Shown: positions 10,974 to 20,586, counted from the first letter of the stretch. The stretch: DNA of 63,741 nucleotides from Candidatus Udaeobacter sp. (GCA_035694525.1 DASSFL010000138.1:1-63741); one strand, 5' to 3'. Notes: a model not told the origin generated them from the letters alone. Translations and numbers: made by a program.

Positions 10974-11247
10974 ACGATTGCCGCCGTATCGGGAAGCAAT
11001 TCCAATACCATCTCCATTTGTGAATATCTCATCCATAAGCCCTATGCAGTTATTCATCTGTTATGCACTTTATGACTGACCGTTAGCCGACACTTTTGTT
11101 CAATTTTAAAACACAAAATCCGTCGCTCGGCTTTTGCAAACGGGGTTCACGCAAGCGCTTGCCATGGGCTAGTGTGCAGCACTGACGGGAATCAAGCGGC
11201 GGAAATTCGAAACTCGAATCCCGAATTTCGGGTTTTCCGCAGGCTGC

Positions 11248-11928
11248 TTATGCGCCGGAGCGGGGCTTCATCAGCCGCAGACTCAACATATACAAAGCCG
11301 CAAAAAGGGCGATGACGAGCAGGATGCCCTTGGATTGTCCGTGAATAAATCGAACCAGTGCGTCCGGATTCGTCAAAAGCTCCGGCTCGAGCCGATAAGC
11401 TTTATCGCCAAGATAAGCCAGAATCCAACACCACAGAGCCGATCCCGCAATCGTTACGAGACTGAAAAGTCCGAAGTTCATCCGAACAATGCCCGCCGGA
11501 ATCGAAATCAAATGCCGAATCACGGGGAGGAGCCGTGCAAAAAAGACCCCGCCTGCTTCGTAGCGAGCCAGCCATTGCTCGGCTTGCTCCAGTTTTTTCG
11601 GCGTCAACAGCACAAAACGGCCATACTTTACGATCAGTGGACGTCCAATTAATCGCGACACCCAATAAGTGATGGCCGAACCGAGATATGACCCGAGCAC
11701 GCCTGCGAGCACCACGCCTGTGAAAGTGAGTTTCCCCTGCGCTGCCAGGAATGCAGCGGGCGGAATGACGATTTCGCTGGGAACAGGAAAGATGGAACTC
11801 TCCATCGCCATTAACACAATGATTCCGACATAACCGCCGGTGAGCACCCAATGGAACCAGATTTCAAGAAGATGATGCATATTGTGATTCCGCGCGAAGT
11901 CGAGGAATCTCTCGATGTCGAGCGGCAA
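11248..11928 (-). CDS. DedA-family inner membrane protein
   Basis: 226 aa, polytopic, with the DedA-like core ...ESSIFPVPSEIV... and ...FFARLLPVIRHLISIPAG.... The start may be an internal Met. Confidence 0.85.
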   Translation of the reverse strand: MPLDIERFLDFARNHNMHHLLEIWFHWVLTGGYVGIIVLMAMESSIFPVPSEIVIPPAAFLAAQGKLTFTGVVLAGVLGSYLGSAITYWVSRLIGRPLIVKYGRFVLLTPKKLEQAEQWLARYEAGGVFFARLLPVIRHLISIPAGIVRMNFGLFSLVTIAGSALWCWILAYLGDKAYRLEPELLTNPDALVRFIHGQSKGILLVIALFAALYMLSLRLMKPRSGA

Positions 11929-11981
11929 TAAAGTTCGCCCTAGTTCAGTCTAAAAACGAAAATCTGCAATCCCAAATTGAG

Positions 11982-13739
11982 ATGTCGATCTACCGGCGCG
12001 TCCTTCGTTACTACAGACCATTTCTGGGGCAAACGATCCTTGGATTACTTCTGTCGCTGCTCGGGGTTGGGCTAAACCTGCTTAAGCCATGGCCGTTTAA
12101 GCTGATTGTGGACGATTTCCTTCGTCCGGGTCCAGCCGCGCAAACCGACTCGCGCACCTGGATCCCACGGCTCTGTCTTGCTCTCATTTTGATCCAGCTT
12201 TTTTGGGGAATGACGAATTGGATCACGAATTATCTTTTTGTGAAGATCGGCCTGCAGGCGTTGCTCAAATTGCGCACCGACCTCTATTCATATTTGCAAT
12301 CGCTCTCGCTTAAATTCCACGATGCGCGCCGATCGAGCGATTCCAGTTTCCGCGTCGCGTACGACTCGCAATCAATCCAGACGATTTACAACAAAGGGTT
12401 CACCAACATCTTCGCATCGGTAATCACGTTGATCGGAACCTTCCTCATTATGCTGCGATTAGACTGGCAGCTCACTCTGGTTTCTCTTGCTATTGTTCCG
12501 TTAGTCGTTGGCACGATTTATCTGTTTGCCCAGCGAATCCGTCGCGAATCGACATCCATCCAGGAACGGGAGAGCGCGGTCCTGACGCAAGCGCAGGAAG
12601 GTCTCAGCTCGATTCGAATGGTCCATGCGTTTGGCCGCGAGGAATTCGAAGTCCTCCAGTTCCACCAGCAAGCGCGGCAAAGTTTGCAAGCCAATCTGCG
12701 CCTCACTTTAACAAACGTTAACAGCGCATTGGTGATCAGCACGTTGATGGTTACTGGCACGGCTGCGATGTATTACATCGGCTCGCTGCACGTTTTAGGC
12801 GGCACGCTCACGCTCGGATCGCTGCTCGTTTTCAGCGCGTATTTACTGATGCTTTATCAGCCGCTTGAGTCTCTCACCTACACCGCCTGGGCGATGGAAG
12901 GCGCCACTGCCGGCGCGAAACGCTGCTTCGAGGTGTTGGACCGGGAGGATGATGTGCGCGATTCACCGAATGCGATTGCCATTTCGTCCGCCCAAGGCGC
13001 GATCGCATTCCAATCCGTGAATTTCGGGTATGCAGGCGATCGGCACGTCTTGCGCGACATCAATCTGCGCATCGAGCCAAATCAGATCGTCGGGCTTGTG
13101 GGCGGCACCGGAGCAGGCAAGAGCACATTGATGAGTTTGGTGCCGCGATTTTACGATCCTTCCACAGGTTTCGTGATGCTCGATGACCGTGACGTACGGG
13201 AGATCACAAAAAAAAGTTTACGAGCGCAGATCGCAATCGTCTTACAGGACACACTGCTTTTTTCCACAACCGTACGAGAAAACATCGCCTACGGTCGGTC
13301 CGATGCCACAGAAGAAGAAATTATCGAAGCGGCGCGGCGGGCGCAGGCAGACGAGTTTATTCGACAGATGGCGGACGGCTACTCCAGCGCTGTAGGCGAA
13401 CGGGGCGGCCACTTGAGCGTTGGCCAGCGTCAGCGCATCGGTATTGCCCGGGCGTTTTTGAAGAATGCGCCGATCTTGCTGCTGGACGAACCCACATCGG
13501 CGCTCGATCCCACAACCGAAGCCGCGATCATGGAAACCATCCAGGAATTAATGCGCGGCCGGACAACTTTGATCGCGACGCATCGTCTCGCGACGATCCA
13601 TGGCCTCGATCAAATTATTGTGCTCGAACACGGGCGCTTGGTCGAAAAAGGGCGTGGCCCAGAGCTGATCGCGCGCGGCGGGATTTACGCCAAACTGTAT
13701 GCATCGGGAAAATTTCCCGCACATGAGGTAGCGAATTGA
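11982..13739 (+). CDS. ABC exporter, fused transmembrane and ATPase domains (MsbA-like type I exporter)
   Basis: 585 aa. Six-TM N-terminal half, Walker A GGTGAGKST, signature LSVGQRQR, Walker B LLLDEPTSALD. Confidence 0.9.
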   Translation: MSIYRRVLRYYRPFLGQTILGLLLSLLGVGLNLLKPWPFKLIVDDFLRPGPAAQTDSRTWIPRLCLALILIQLFWGMTNWITNYLFVKIGLQALLKLRTDLYSYLQSLSLKFHDARRSSDSSFRVAYDSQSIQTIYNKGFTNIFASVITLIGTFLIMLRLDWQLTLVSLAIVPLVVGTIYLFAQRIRRESTSIQERESAVLTQAQEGLSSIRMVHAFGREEFEVLQFHQQARQSLQANLRLTLTNVNSALVISTLMVTGTAAMYYIGSLHVLGGTLTLGSLLVFSAYLLMLYQPLESLTYTAWAMEGATAGAKRCFEVLDREDDVRDSPNAIAISSAQGAIAFQSVNFGYAGDRHVLRDINLRIEPNQIVGLVGGTGAGKSTLMSLVPRFYDPSTGFVMLDDRDVREITKKSLRAQIAIVLQDTLLFSTTVRENIAYGRSDATEEEIIEAARRAQADEFIRQMADGYSSAVGERGGHLSVGQRQRIGIARAFLKNAPILLLDEPTSALDPTTEAAIMETIQELMRGRTTLIATHRLATIHGLDQIIVLEHGRLVEKGRGPELIARGGIYAKLYASGKFPAHEVAN

Positions 13740-14329
13740 GCAACGTTAGAGAAGATCGACACGTCGAAGGCGACTGGTGGCCGGATCCGATTCCGCCAAA
13801 CGTCGAGTTTGGCGAGGGATTCTATTGCGAGAGCGCGCAAATCTTCCGTAAACTTCGCAGCAAAAGGTCAGGCGCGGTCGTTATCGGCAAGCATGTTTCG
13901 TGTTACGCGGGCTGTTCGTTTTCCGTCGGCGAACATGGCGAGTGCACCATCGGTGATTTCACGCTGCTCAACGGCGCGTTAATCATGGCGGATGCGAAGA
14001 TCGAGATCGGATCGTATTGCTTGGTTTCGTGGAACGTCGGCATCGCGGATTCCGATTTTCACCCGCTCGAGCCGGCCCAGCGTCTCATCGATGCGCAAGC
14101 CCTCGCACCCTACTTCAAAAATCGGCCCGCACGTCCCAAATTGAAGACCGCTCCTGTGAAAATCGCCAACAACGTCTGGATTGGTATGAACGCAGTGATT
14201 TTGAAAGGCGTCACCATCGGCGAAAACTCCGTCGTGGCAGCCGGGTCGGTTGTTACAAAAAGCGTGGAGCCGGATACGGTAGTTGCAGGGAACCCGGCGG
14301 TTGTCGTTAGAGAGTTGTCAACGCAGTGA
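13736..14329 (+). CDS. hexapeptide-repeat (left-handed beta-helix) acyl/acetyltransferase
   Basis: 197 aa. Hexapeptide-like repeats and C-terminal ...VVAGNPAVVVREL. Its TTG start overlaps the exporter stop. Confidence 0.8.
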   Translation: MSNVREDRHVEGDWWPDPIPPNVEFGEGFYCESAQIFRKLRSKRSGAVVIGKHVSCYAGCSFSVGEHGECTIGDFTLLNGALIMADAKIEIGSYCLVSWNVGIADSDFHPLEPAQRLIDAQALAPYFKNRPARPKLKTAPVKIANNVWIGMNAVILKGVTIGENSVVAAGSVVTKSVEPDTVVAGNPAVVVRELSTQ

Positions 14330-14426
14330 CTAGCGAGGGAATTTTAGCATCGTCTTCGGAGAGGCCGATCCATCTCTGTGAAACTCAAAGGTGGAACGCG
14401 TTGTCCTCAACGCGTTGATCGCTGCG

Positions 14427-15599
14427 ATGAAACGCAAGCGAATCGTCGTCATGGGCTTCATGGGGTCAATGCCCATCGCGGGCGTGATCTGGCAGCACAT
14501 CCATTACATCGTCGGACTGCAACGACTCGGTCACGACGTTTATTACATCGAAGATTCAGCCCGAATTCCCTACAACCCGGAAACGTTTGAAGTCACTACC
14601 GAATTTGATTACACAGCCCGGCTCCTGGATCGATTGGCGCGAGAATTCGAATTCCGGAATCGCTGGGCCTTTTGTGCGCGCTACTTGCCGGGCAATCCCA
14701 CTGCTGGCCTGCGATTAAAACGAATTCGGCAGCTTTATCGCGAAGCGGACGCGATCCTGAACATCTGCGGCGCACAAGAATTCAACGACGATCTCCTCGT
14801 TTCCGATCGCATTCTGTACATCGAGAGCGATCCCGGCGTCGAGCAAATCAAGATCGATAAGGGCGTGAAATCGACAATTCAGTATCTCGGACGACATCAT
14901 GCCCTCTTCACCTTTGGCGAAAATATCGGCACCAAAAGTTTTCCTGTGCCGACTCACGGACTCAAATGGCTGCCGACGCGGCAACCCGTCGTGACTGATC
15001 TCTGGCGAACAAGATGTGCCCCTTCTCGCGGGTCCGTGTTTACATCCGTGGCCAATTGGTCCACCAGCGGGCTGAAAGACATTACGTGGCGCGGCAAAAA
15101 ATATCTCTGGAGCAAATCGCGGGAATTTCTCCGGTTCATTGCCGCGCCGAAAAAAGCGGGTGAGACATTTGAACTGGCAACCAACATCGAGCACGGTGCC
15201 ACCCGCGCAAGATTCGAGCTAAACGGATGGCGGCTGACTTCGCCGCTGCAAATGAGCGTCGATTATTGGCTCTATCGAGATTACGTCCAGCGCTCCAAGG
15301 GCGAGTTCACCGTTGCCAAGGACCAATACGTGCGCCTAAATACCGGATGGTTCAGCGACAGGAGCGTCTGTTATCTGGCAGCAGGCCGACCAGTTGTAAC
15401 TCAGGAGACTGGCTTTACGAAATTTTACGGCGGCGAAGTGGGTCTTTTATCCTTCCGAACGCTCGGTGAAATTGTCGACGCCGTGAAGCGGGTCAACGCC
15501 GATTACATGAAACATTCCCGAGCCGCTTACGCCCTGGCTTGTGAAGTGTTTGAGGCGAAAAAGGTACTGAAATCAATTCTCGACCGCGCGGGGATTTGA
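14427..15599 (+). CDS. glycosyltransferase-like protein (GT-B fold, CgeB/Glyco_trans_1_2-like C-terminus), function uncertain
   Basis: 390 aa from the ATG at 14427. C-terminal block GWFSDRSVCYLAAGRPVVTQETGF...VFEAKKVL resembles GT-B C-domains. Distant paralogue of 21570..22712. Confidence 0.6.
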   Translation: MKRKRIVVMGFMGSMPIAGVIWQHIHYIVGLQRLGHDVYYIEDSARIPYNPETFEVTTEFDYTARLLDRLAREFEFRNRWAFCARYLPGNPTAGLRLKRIRQLYREADAILNICGAQEFNDDLLVSDRILYIESDPGVEQIKIDKGVKSTIQYLGRHHALFTFGENIGTKSFPVPTHGLKWLPTRQPVVTDLWRTRCAPSRGSVFTSVANWSTSGLKDITWRGKKYLWSKSREFLRFIAAPKKAGETFELATNIEHGATRARFELNGWRLTSPLQMSVDYWLYRDYVQRSKGEFTVAKDQYVRLNTGWFSDRSVCYLAAGRPVVTQETGFTKFYGGEVGLLSFRTLGEIVDAVKRVNADYMKHSRAAYALACEVFEAKKVLKSILDRAGI

Positions 15600-15746
15600 G
15601 GGGTGGCGCAAACTCTTTTTCGTCCATCGGAGATTTGAACGTAGAAAGCATGTATCGTGTCTGTTGTGTCCGAAAAGGCCGCTTGCCAATGCAAATCCGA
15701 ATCTTGATTTTCGAGTACGCTATTTAAGTTTGCAGCCTTTCTGCCC

Positions 15747-17360
15747 ATGAAGCGTCTCCTTGTTTTTATTTACGCCATCTTGTTGCTCGGCCCGGTTTTG
15801 GATGCGCAGGAAACCACACCGGCACGTCCCCCAATGGAGCCACAAGGCCCACCGCGACCGGATCCGTGGAGATCGAGCCCGCCTGCACAGGAAGCAATTC
15901 CAATCCCGGTTCCGATGGCGCCACCGAAGCCAAACGGGCCAGTTCAAAAGAGTTTGGTGAGGATTACGGCAACTTCGCTGGATCCAGATTACAAAGCACC
16001 TTGGAACGCTGGAACGCTGGAGCGCGGAGTCGGCGCCGGCTTCGTCATAAGCGGCAATCGCATTATGACAAACGCGCACGTGGTTGCCAACAGCCGTTAC
16101 CTCACTGTCGAGCGTGACGGCGATCCCAATAAGTATCCGGCAAAAGTACAATTCATAGCGAACGATTGCGATCTTGCATTGATCACTGTGTCGGCTCCCG
16201 ACTTTTTCAAAAACATGCTGTCATTGCAACTTGGCGGGATTCCTGCGCTGGAATCGACCGTCTCGGCGTACGGTTATCCAATTGGAGGCGAGCGGATGTC
16301 GGTCACGACCGGGATCGTGTCGCGGGTCGATTTCCAACTCTACACGCACTCGTCGGTGGATCAGCATCTGGCGATCCAGATCAGTGCGCAGATCAACCCG
16401 GGAAACAGCGGCGGGCCGGTAATGCAAGACGGCAAAGTGGTCGGCGTAGCCTTCCAAGGTTACAGCGGTGATGTGGCCCAAGGCGTGGCTTACATGATTC
16501 CCACACCGGTGATAAAGCGGTTTCTGCAGGACATCAGTAACGGGCATTATGACGAATATCCCGACCTTGCAATCACCTACGCAAAATTACAAAATCCAGC
16601 CCAACGAAGATTTCTCGGATTAAAAGATGAGGATCGCGGCGTCCTGGTGAGTTCAGTCGTCGCTGCCGGGCCATCGGATGGCATTCTTTACCCCGGTGAC
16701 GTTCTGCTCGCTATCGACGGCCATCCCATCGCCAGCGACGCGAATGTCGAACTGGAAGGTGAGCGCGCCCAGTTTGAAGAAGTCGTCGAGCGAAAGTTTA
16801 AGGGCGATTCGGTCAAAATGGACGTTTTACGGAACAAGCGTCCGGTGACAGTGGAGATCAAATTGTACAAGCCCTGGCCGTACTCGGTCCAGGGTCACAG
16901 CTACGACGTGCGACCGCGCTACGTCCTTTACGGCGGTCTGCTCTTTCAACCGTTAAACCTGGACATGCTGGAGGCGTATCGGACGGCCGACCTGCGAGTC
17001 CGCCATTTCTTCGAATACTTCGTTCTCGACCAGCTTTACCTTCAGCACCCCGATGTCATTGTGCTGGCCAACATCCTGCCAGATCCGATAAATACCTACC
17101 TGGCGCCGTACCGAGGCGGCATTGTCGATGAAGTAAATGGCAAAAAAATTCGGACACTTGACGAATTGGCGAACGCTCTCACCGAATCGCCGGAGCAGTT
17201 GATTATCCGAATGATTGGAGACGGGCCCCCGCTAGTCCTTAATCGAAGTCAGATAGAAGCTGCACGCGAACGAATCAAGACGCGCTACAACGTACTGAAA
17301 GAGCAAAATCTCGAGGAACAACCAGCGTCAAAGGGACCGGAACAGGGTAACAAAATCTAA
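15747..17360 (+). CDS. secreted trypsin-like serine protease with PDZ domain (Deg/HtrA-related)
   Basis: 537 aa with a signal peptide. Triad contexts are MTNAHVV (His), CDLALI (Asp) and NPGNSGGPV (Ser). PDZ-like segment GVLVSSVVAAGPSDG...GDVLLAIDG. Confidence 0.85.
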   Translation: MKRLLVFIYAILLLGPVLDAQETTPARPPMEPQGPPRPDPWRSSPPAQEAIPIPVPMAPPKPNGPVQKSLVRITATSLDPDYKAPWNAGTLERGVGAGFVISGNRIMTNAHVVANSRYLTVERDGDPNKYPAKVQFIANDCDLALITVSAPDFFKNMLSLQLGGIPALESTVSAYGYPIGGERMSVTTGIVSRVDFQLYTHSSVDQHLAIQISAQINPGNSGGPVMQDGKVVGVAFQGYSGDVAQGVAYMIPTPVIKRFLQDISNGHYDEYPDLAITYAKLQNPAQRRFLGLKDEDRGVLVSSVVAAGPSDGILYPGDVLLAIDGHPIASDANVELEGERAQFEEVVERKFKGDSVKMDVLRNKRPVTVEIKLYKPWPYSVQGHSYDVRPRYVLYGGLLFQPLNLDMLEAYRTADLRVRHFFEYFVLDQLYLQHPDVIVLANILPDPINTYLAPYRGGIVDEVNGKKIRTLDELANALTESPEQLIIRMIGDGPPLVLNRSQIEAARERIKTRYNVLKEQNLEEQPASKGPEQGNKI

Positions 17361-17362
17361 AG

Positions 17363-18865
17363 ATGACCAGGCATTCTCTTATCGCTTTTGGGCTAATCCT
17401 TTTCACAGTCAGTGGGGCGCTGGGCAAAAAAGAATCCGCTGTACCTTCCGCACTGAGCAAGCAAAAACAGCTGGCGCTCGTCCGCGTAAACGTGACCGGA
17501 CAGTCCTACGATTACTTCCGACCGTGGCAGAAGAAAGCTCCGTTTTCAAAGCGCGCGCTTGGCGCAGTTTTGTCCAAGGGCCGTGTCCTTGTGACTGCGG
17601 ACCTCGTTACAAACCAAAATTACGTCGAGCTCGAGCGTGCCGAGTCTGGCGAAAAAACCGCAGCCACCGTCGAGGTGATTGATTACGAAGCCAATCTTGC
17701 TCTCCTCCAACCAGTGGAAAAATCGTTTCTCGATGGAATCACTCCGCTTGAAATCGCGCCGGACACGGTAGTGGGCGACCGGCTGGCTGCGTGGCAATTG
17801 GAGCCAACCGGCGCGTTACTCGCGACGGAGGGCTTGGTCACAACGGTGCAGATGATGCCCTATCCGATCGACGTTGGGGAATTTCTTACATACCGCATCA
17901 GCATCCCGATGCAATATCGCGAGAACAGCTACACGGTGCCGCTTGTTAAGAAAAACAAGCTTGCCGGCTTGCTCCTGCGCTACGATTCGCGCTCCCAGCT
18001 ACTGGATGCAATTCCTGCGCCCGTCATCACACACTTTTTAAAGGACGCTGAAAGCCAGAATTATCGCGGCTTTCCTTCCGCCGGCTTCTCATTTTTTCCG
18101 ACCCGCGATCCCGCGCTGCGTGAGTTCGCCGGAGAAAAAGGCAAGAATGCCGGGGGAGTTTATGTGACGAACGTGGAGCCTGGTGCGCCGGCAATGAAAG
18201 CCGGACTCCAGGTCGGCGACATGGTGACTGCGGTCGCGAACAATGAAATCGATCAAAACGGAAACTACGTGGATCCGCTCTATGGCAAGATCGAGTTCAC
18301 CAATTTGCTGTCCGCGCACGCGTACGCCGGCGATGTTGTTCCTTTTCGCGTTGAGCGGAACGGCAAGCCTATGCAGCTAAATGTCACACTCGAACACCGG
18401 AACACGAAGGATTACGTCAGCCCGCCTTACAATCTCGATCAACCGCCGCGATATTATGTTCTCGGTGGCCTGATTTTTCAGGAGCTTTCCCGTCAATATC
18501 TCAAAGAATGGGGTCCGAACTGGCAAAGAGAAGCTCCGCAACGTTTAGTTTACCTCGACCATTTCCAATCCGAGCTCTTTCCTGACAGAAATCGACGCGT
18601 TGTTATTCTCAGCCAGGTCCTTCCCGCTAACAGCACAATTGGATATGACGAGCTGGCCTATTTGACCGTAACGAAAGTGAACGGCAAAGAAATCAAATCG
18701 TTAGATGACCTGGCCGAAGCGGTTAAACACCCAATCGAGGGGTTCATCAAAGTCGAAACCGAAGAAGACCCAAAACAAATCGAGCTCGACGCGGCACAAG
18801 TCGCTGGCGAAGCACAAGATCTGCAGGACAATTACGGTATTTCGGCGCTGCATCGGCTTAATTGA
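17363..18865 (+). CDS. secreted Deg/HtrA-like paralogue lacking the catalytic His and Asp (predicted pseudo-protease) with PDZ domain
   Basis: 500 aa with a signal peptide, collinear with the upstream protease. The equivalent positions read VTADLVT (no His), EANLALL (Asp to Asn) and RENSYTVPL (Ser kept, GxSGG lost). Confidence 0.75.
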   Translation: MTRHSLIAFGLILFTVSGALGKKESAVPSALSKQKQLALVRVNVTGQSYDYFRPWQKKAPFSKRALGAVLSKGRVLVTADLVTNQNYVELERAESGEKTAATVEVIDYEANLALLQPVEKSFLDGITPLEIAPDTVVGDRLAAWQLEPTGALLATEGLVTTVQMMPYPIDVGEFLTYRISIPMQYRENSYTVPLVKKNKLAGLLLRYDSRSQLLDAIPAPVITHFLKDAESQNYRGFPSAGFSFFPTRDPALREFAGEKGKNAGGVYVTNVEPGAPAMKAGLQVGDMVTAVANNEIDQNGNYVDPLYGKIEFTNLLSAHAYAGDVVPFRVERNGKPMQLNVTLEHRNTKDYVSPPYNLDQPPRYYVLGGLIFQELSRQYLKEWGPNWQREAPQRLVYLDHFQSELFPDRNRRVVILSQVLPANSTIGYDELAYLTVTKVNGKEIKSLDDLAEAVKHPIEGFIKVETEEDPKQIELDAAQVAGEAQDLQDNYGISALHRLN

Positions 18866-18866
18866 A

Positions 18867-18886
18867 AGAATCGTGCGAGCGATTCT
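18867..18886 (+). terminator. short hairpin between convergent genes
   Basis: AGAATCG-tgcgag-CGATTCT (7-bp stem) lies 2 nt after the 18865 stop. There is no clear T-tract. Confidence 0.3.
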
Positions 18887-18931
18887 GCGATCTTCCTCTG
18901 AATTGCACTTCCAGCGCGCGAGTAAGTCGAC

Positions 18932-20368
18932 TTAATTGCCAGGCGGATCGATAGCGATTTCGGCTGTGCGCGGCTTGGCCAAGAACCGTTCCACTTCCTC
19001 ATTGTAGGTCTGGAATGGGTCACCCATGACGAGAAAATCGCGGTTATCGCAGGCAATGGAATCCCAGTTGATGACATAGGGCGAATTACAATCCTGAAAA
19101 AAATGCACTGCTCGAGCACGACCCGACGCACGTGTATTTGCCGGCGGAACATGCGTCGCACTGGAACGCCGGACATTGCTGTTCCACTCCGCAATTCGCT
19201 TACCAGGCGTGACAGCAAAGAACAAACCGCGAAGCTGATCGATGTTGTGGTATTCCAGGTCGACGCTTTGCAGCCACGGATCGTCCCAACTCAATCCTTC
19301 TGACTCGACGAATGCCTCCAGCAACCATTTCTTCGTGATCCAGTCGACTCCGCCAATGAGCGCCTGATGGTTGGTTGCAATTGCTTCGAGAACGAATCCC
19401 CAGTTTTCCAGTAGCCAGTTGGTTTCTGCGTTGCTATTGCGCAGGTACTTTTGAGCCAGATGATGAAATTCCCACTGCACGTCGATTGCACCGATGGTTT
19501 TGCCGTTTTCAAGATGAACAATCCATTGGTGAGTTGGATCCCGGGAAATATCCCGCGTGCTTTGCACAGCATCGGCCAGGACTAGATTTCGCGGCAACCG
19601 GCCATCCTCGAGCAACGACAAAACGCAAGCCGTTGTCCCGATTTTTAACGCCGTGGCGTACGGGCTCATGTTTGAATCGCCGATCAGCAAGTGGAGCCGT
19701 CGGTATTTTCGGTAATCGGCCAGCGGCTCGTCGCGCGCGTTGATGATGGCGCGGTTGAATTGCACCCACTGATAAATGTCGTTCACGATATGATCGGCAC
19801 GCTGGCTAAGCTGGAAATTGACCTGGGTCTCCGGTTGCGGCGGCTCGAAATCAAACGCCAGCGGATTGGACTGACCGACGCGGCCGGCACCGGTAAAGAT
19901 TTGCCGGGTCGCCAGAAAAGTAAGCAGCGTTCCAAGAATTGGTGGCGTGAATTGCGCCTCCCGTTTCATCAGGTAATTCTCATGACAGCCAAACGTGGCG
20001 CCGGTGTGGTGATCGACATTGTTTTTGATAAACGAGACCCGATCCTGCGCGCCTAGAGCAATCAATGAGGATTGCAACAAGTCGTCTCCGGCCAATTCAT
20101 AAGCCACCAGATCGTGCAGGTGCAGACATTCTGGCGACGCGTACTCGATGTGTCCCATGTCGAGATACAGACGCCCGCCATTGCGAAGAAAACCTCCGTT
20201 GCCCGGTGGTTCTTCGTAGTCGCGGTAATGCAGATCGATCGTGCCGGCGTCGGCGTTTCGGAAAAGATGGTTTTTTACCTTCGCGGGCCAGAGCTCGGAA
20301 TTAACATGCGGCTCTTCTTCACTCAGCAGACAGCCGTATTCTGTTTCGATTCCAACGATCCGGTCCAT
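18932..20368 (-). CDS. Pup-ligase/deamidase family protein (PafA/Dop homologue)
   Basis: 478 aa. Family-typical blocks recalled from mycobacterial PafA/Dop: GIETEYG, FLRNGGRLYLDMGHIEYASPEC, FGCHENYL, LATRQIFTGAGRVG, QLSQRADHI, INARDEPLAD..YRRLHLLIGDSNMS, VDWITKKWLL. Confidence 0.85.
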   Translation of the reverse strand: MDRIVGIETEYGCLLSEEEPHVNSELWPAKVKNHLFRNADAGTIDLHYRDYEEPPGNGGFLRNGGRLYLDMGHIEYASPECLHLHDLVAYELAGDDLLQSSLIALGAQDRVSFIKNNVDHHTGATFGCHENYLMKREAQFTPPILGTLLTFLATRQIFTGAGRVGQSNPLAFDFEPPQPETQVNFQLSQRADHIVNDIYQWVQFNRAIINARDEPLADYRKYRRLHLLIGDSNMSPYATALKIGTTACVLSLLEDGRLPRNLVLADAVQSTRDISRDPTHQWIVHLENGKTIGAIDVQWEFHHLAQKYLRNSNAETNWLLENWGFVLEAIATNHQALIGGVDWITKKWLLEAFVESEGLSWDDPWLQSVDLEYHNIDQLRGLFFAVTPGKRIAEWNSNVRRSSATHVPPANTRASGRARAVHFFQDCNSPYVINWDSIACDNRDFLVMGDPFQTYNEEVERFLAKPRTAEIAIDPPGN

Positions 20369-20416
20369 TGTCTAGCGAGCATCCGCCAAGGGTCGGTGCT
20401 CCTCAAGTGCTAATGC

Positions 20417-20525
20417 CGTCATCCTGTGCGGAGCGAAGGACCTCGCAAGGAGAATGCAATCACACTGTGTATCATGTGTGAATTTCGCAGCTTGTGTGAG
20501 GTCCCTCCTTTCACTCGGGATGACG
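20417..20525. repeat. imperfect inverted repeat (REP/MITE-like) in a divergent intergenic region
   Basis: Arms are CGTCATCCTGTGCGGAGCGAAGGACCTCGC (20417-20446) and GTGAGGTCCCTCCTTTCACTCGGGATGACG (20496-20525). The terminal 8 bp and an inner GGACCTC core pair perfectly. Confidence 0.4.
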
Positions 20526-20586
20526 AAGGGAGGAGCCACATCGAACGCCCGCTTGAATCGTCGTGGAAAAAGCCCGAAATTTTTTC

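Noticed and set aside
15747-20368. A functional coupling of the PafA/Dop homologue to the adjacent Deg-like proteases, as a proteasome substitute.
   Set aside because: Both protease-like proteins have signal peptides (periplasmic), whereas PafA/Dop enzymes are cytoplasmic. The genes are also convergent rather than co-transcribed.
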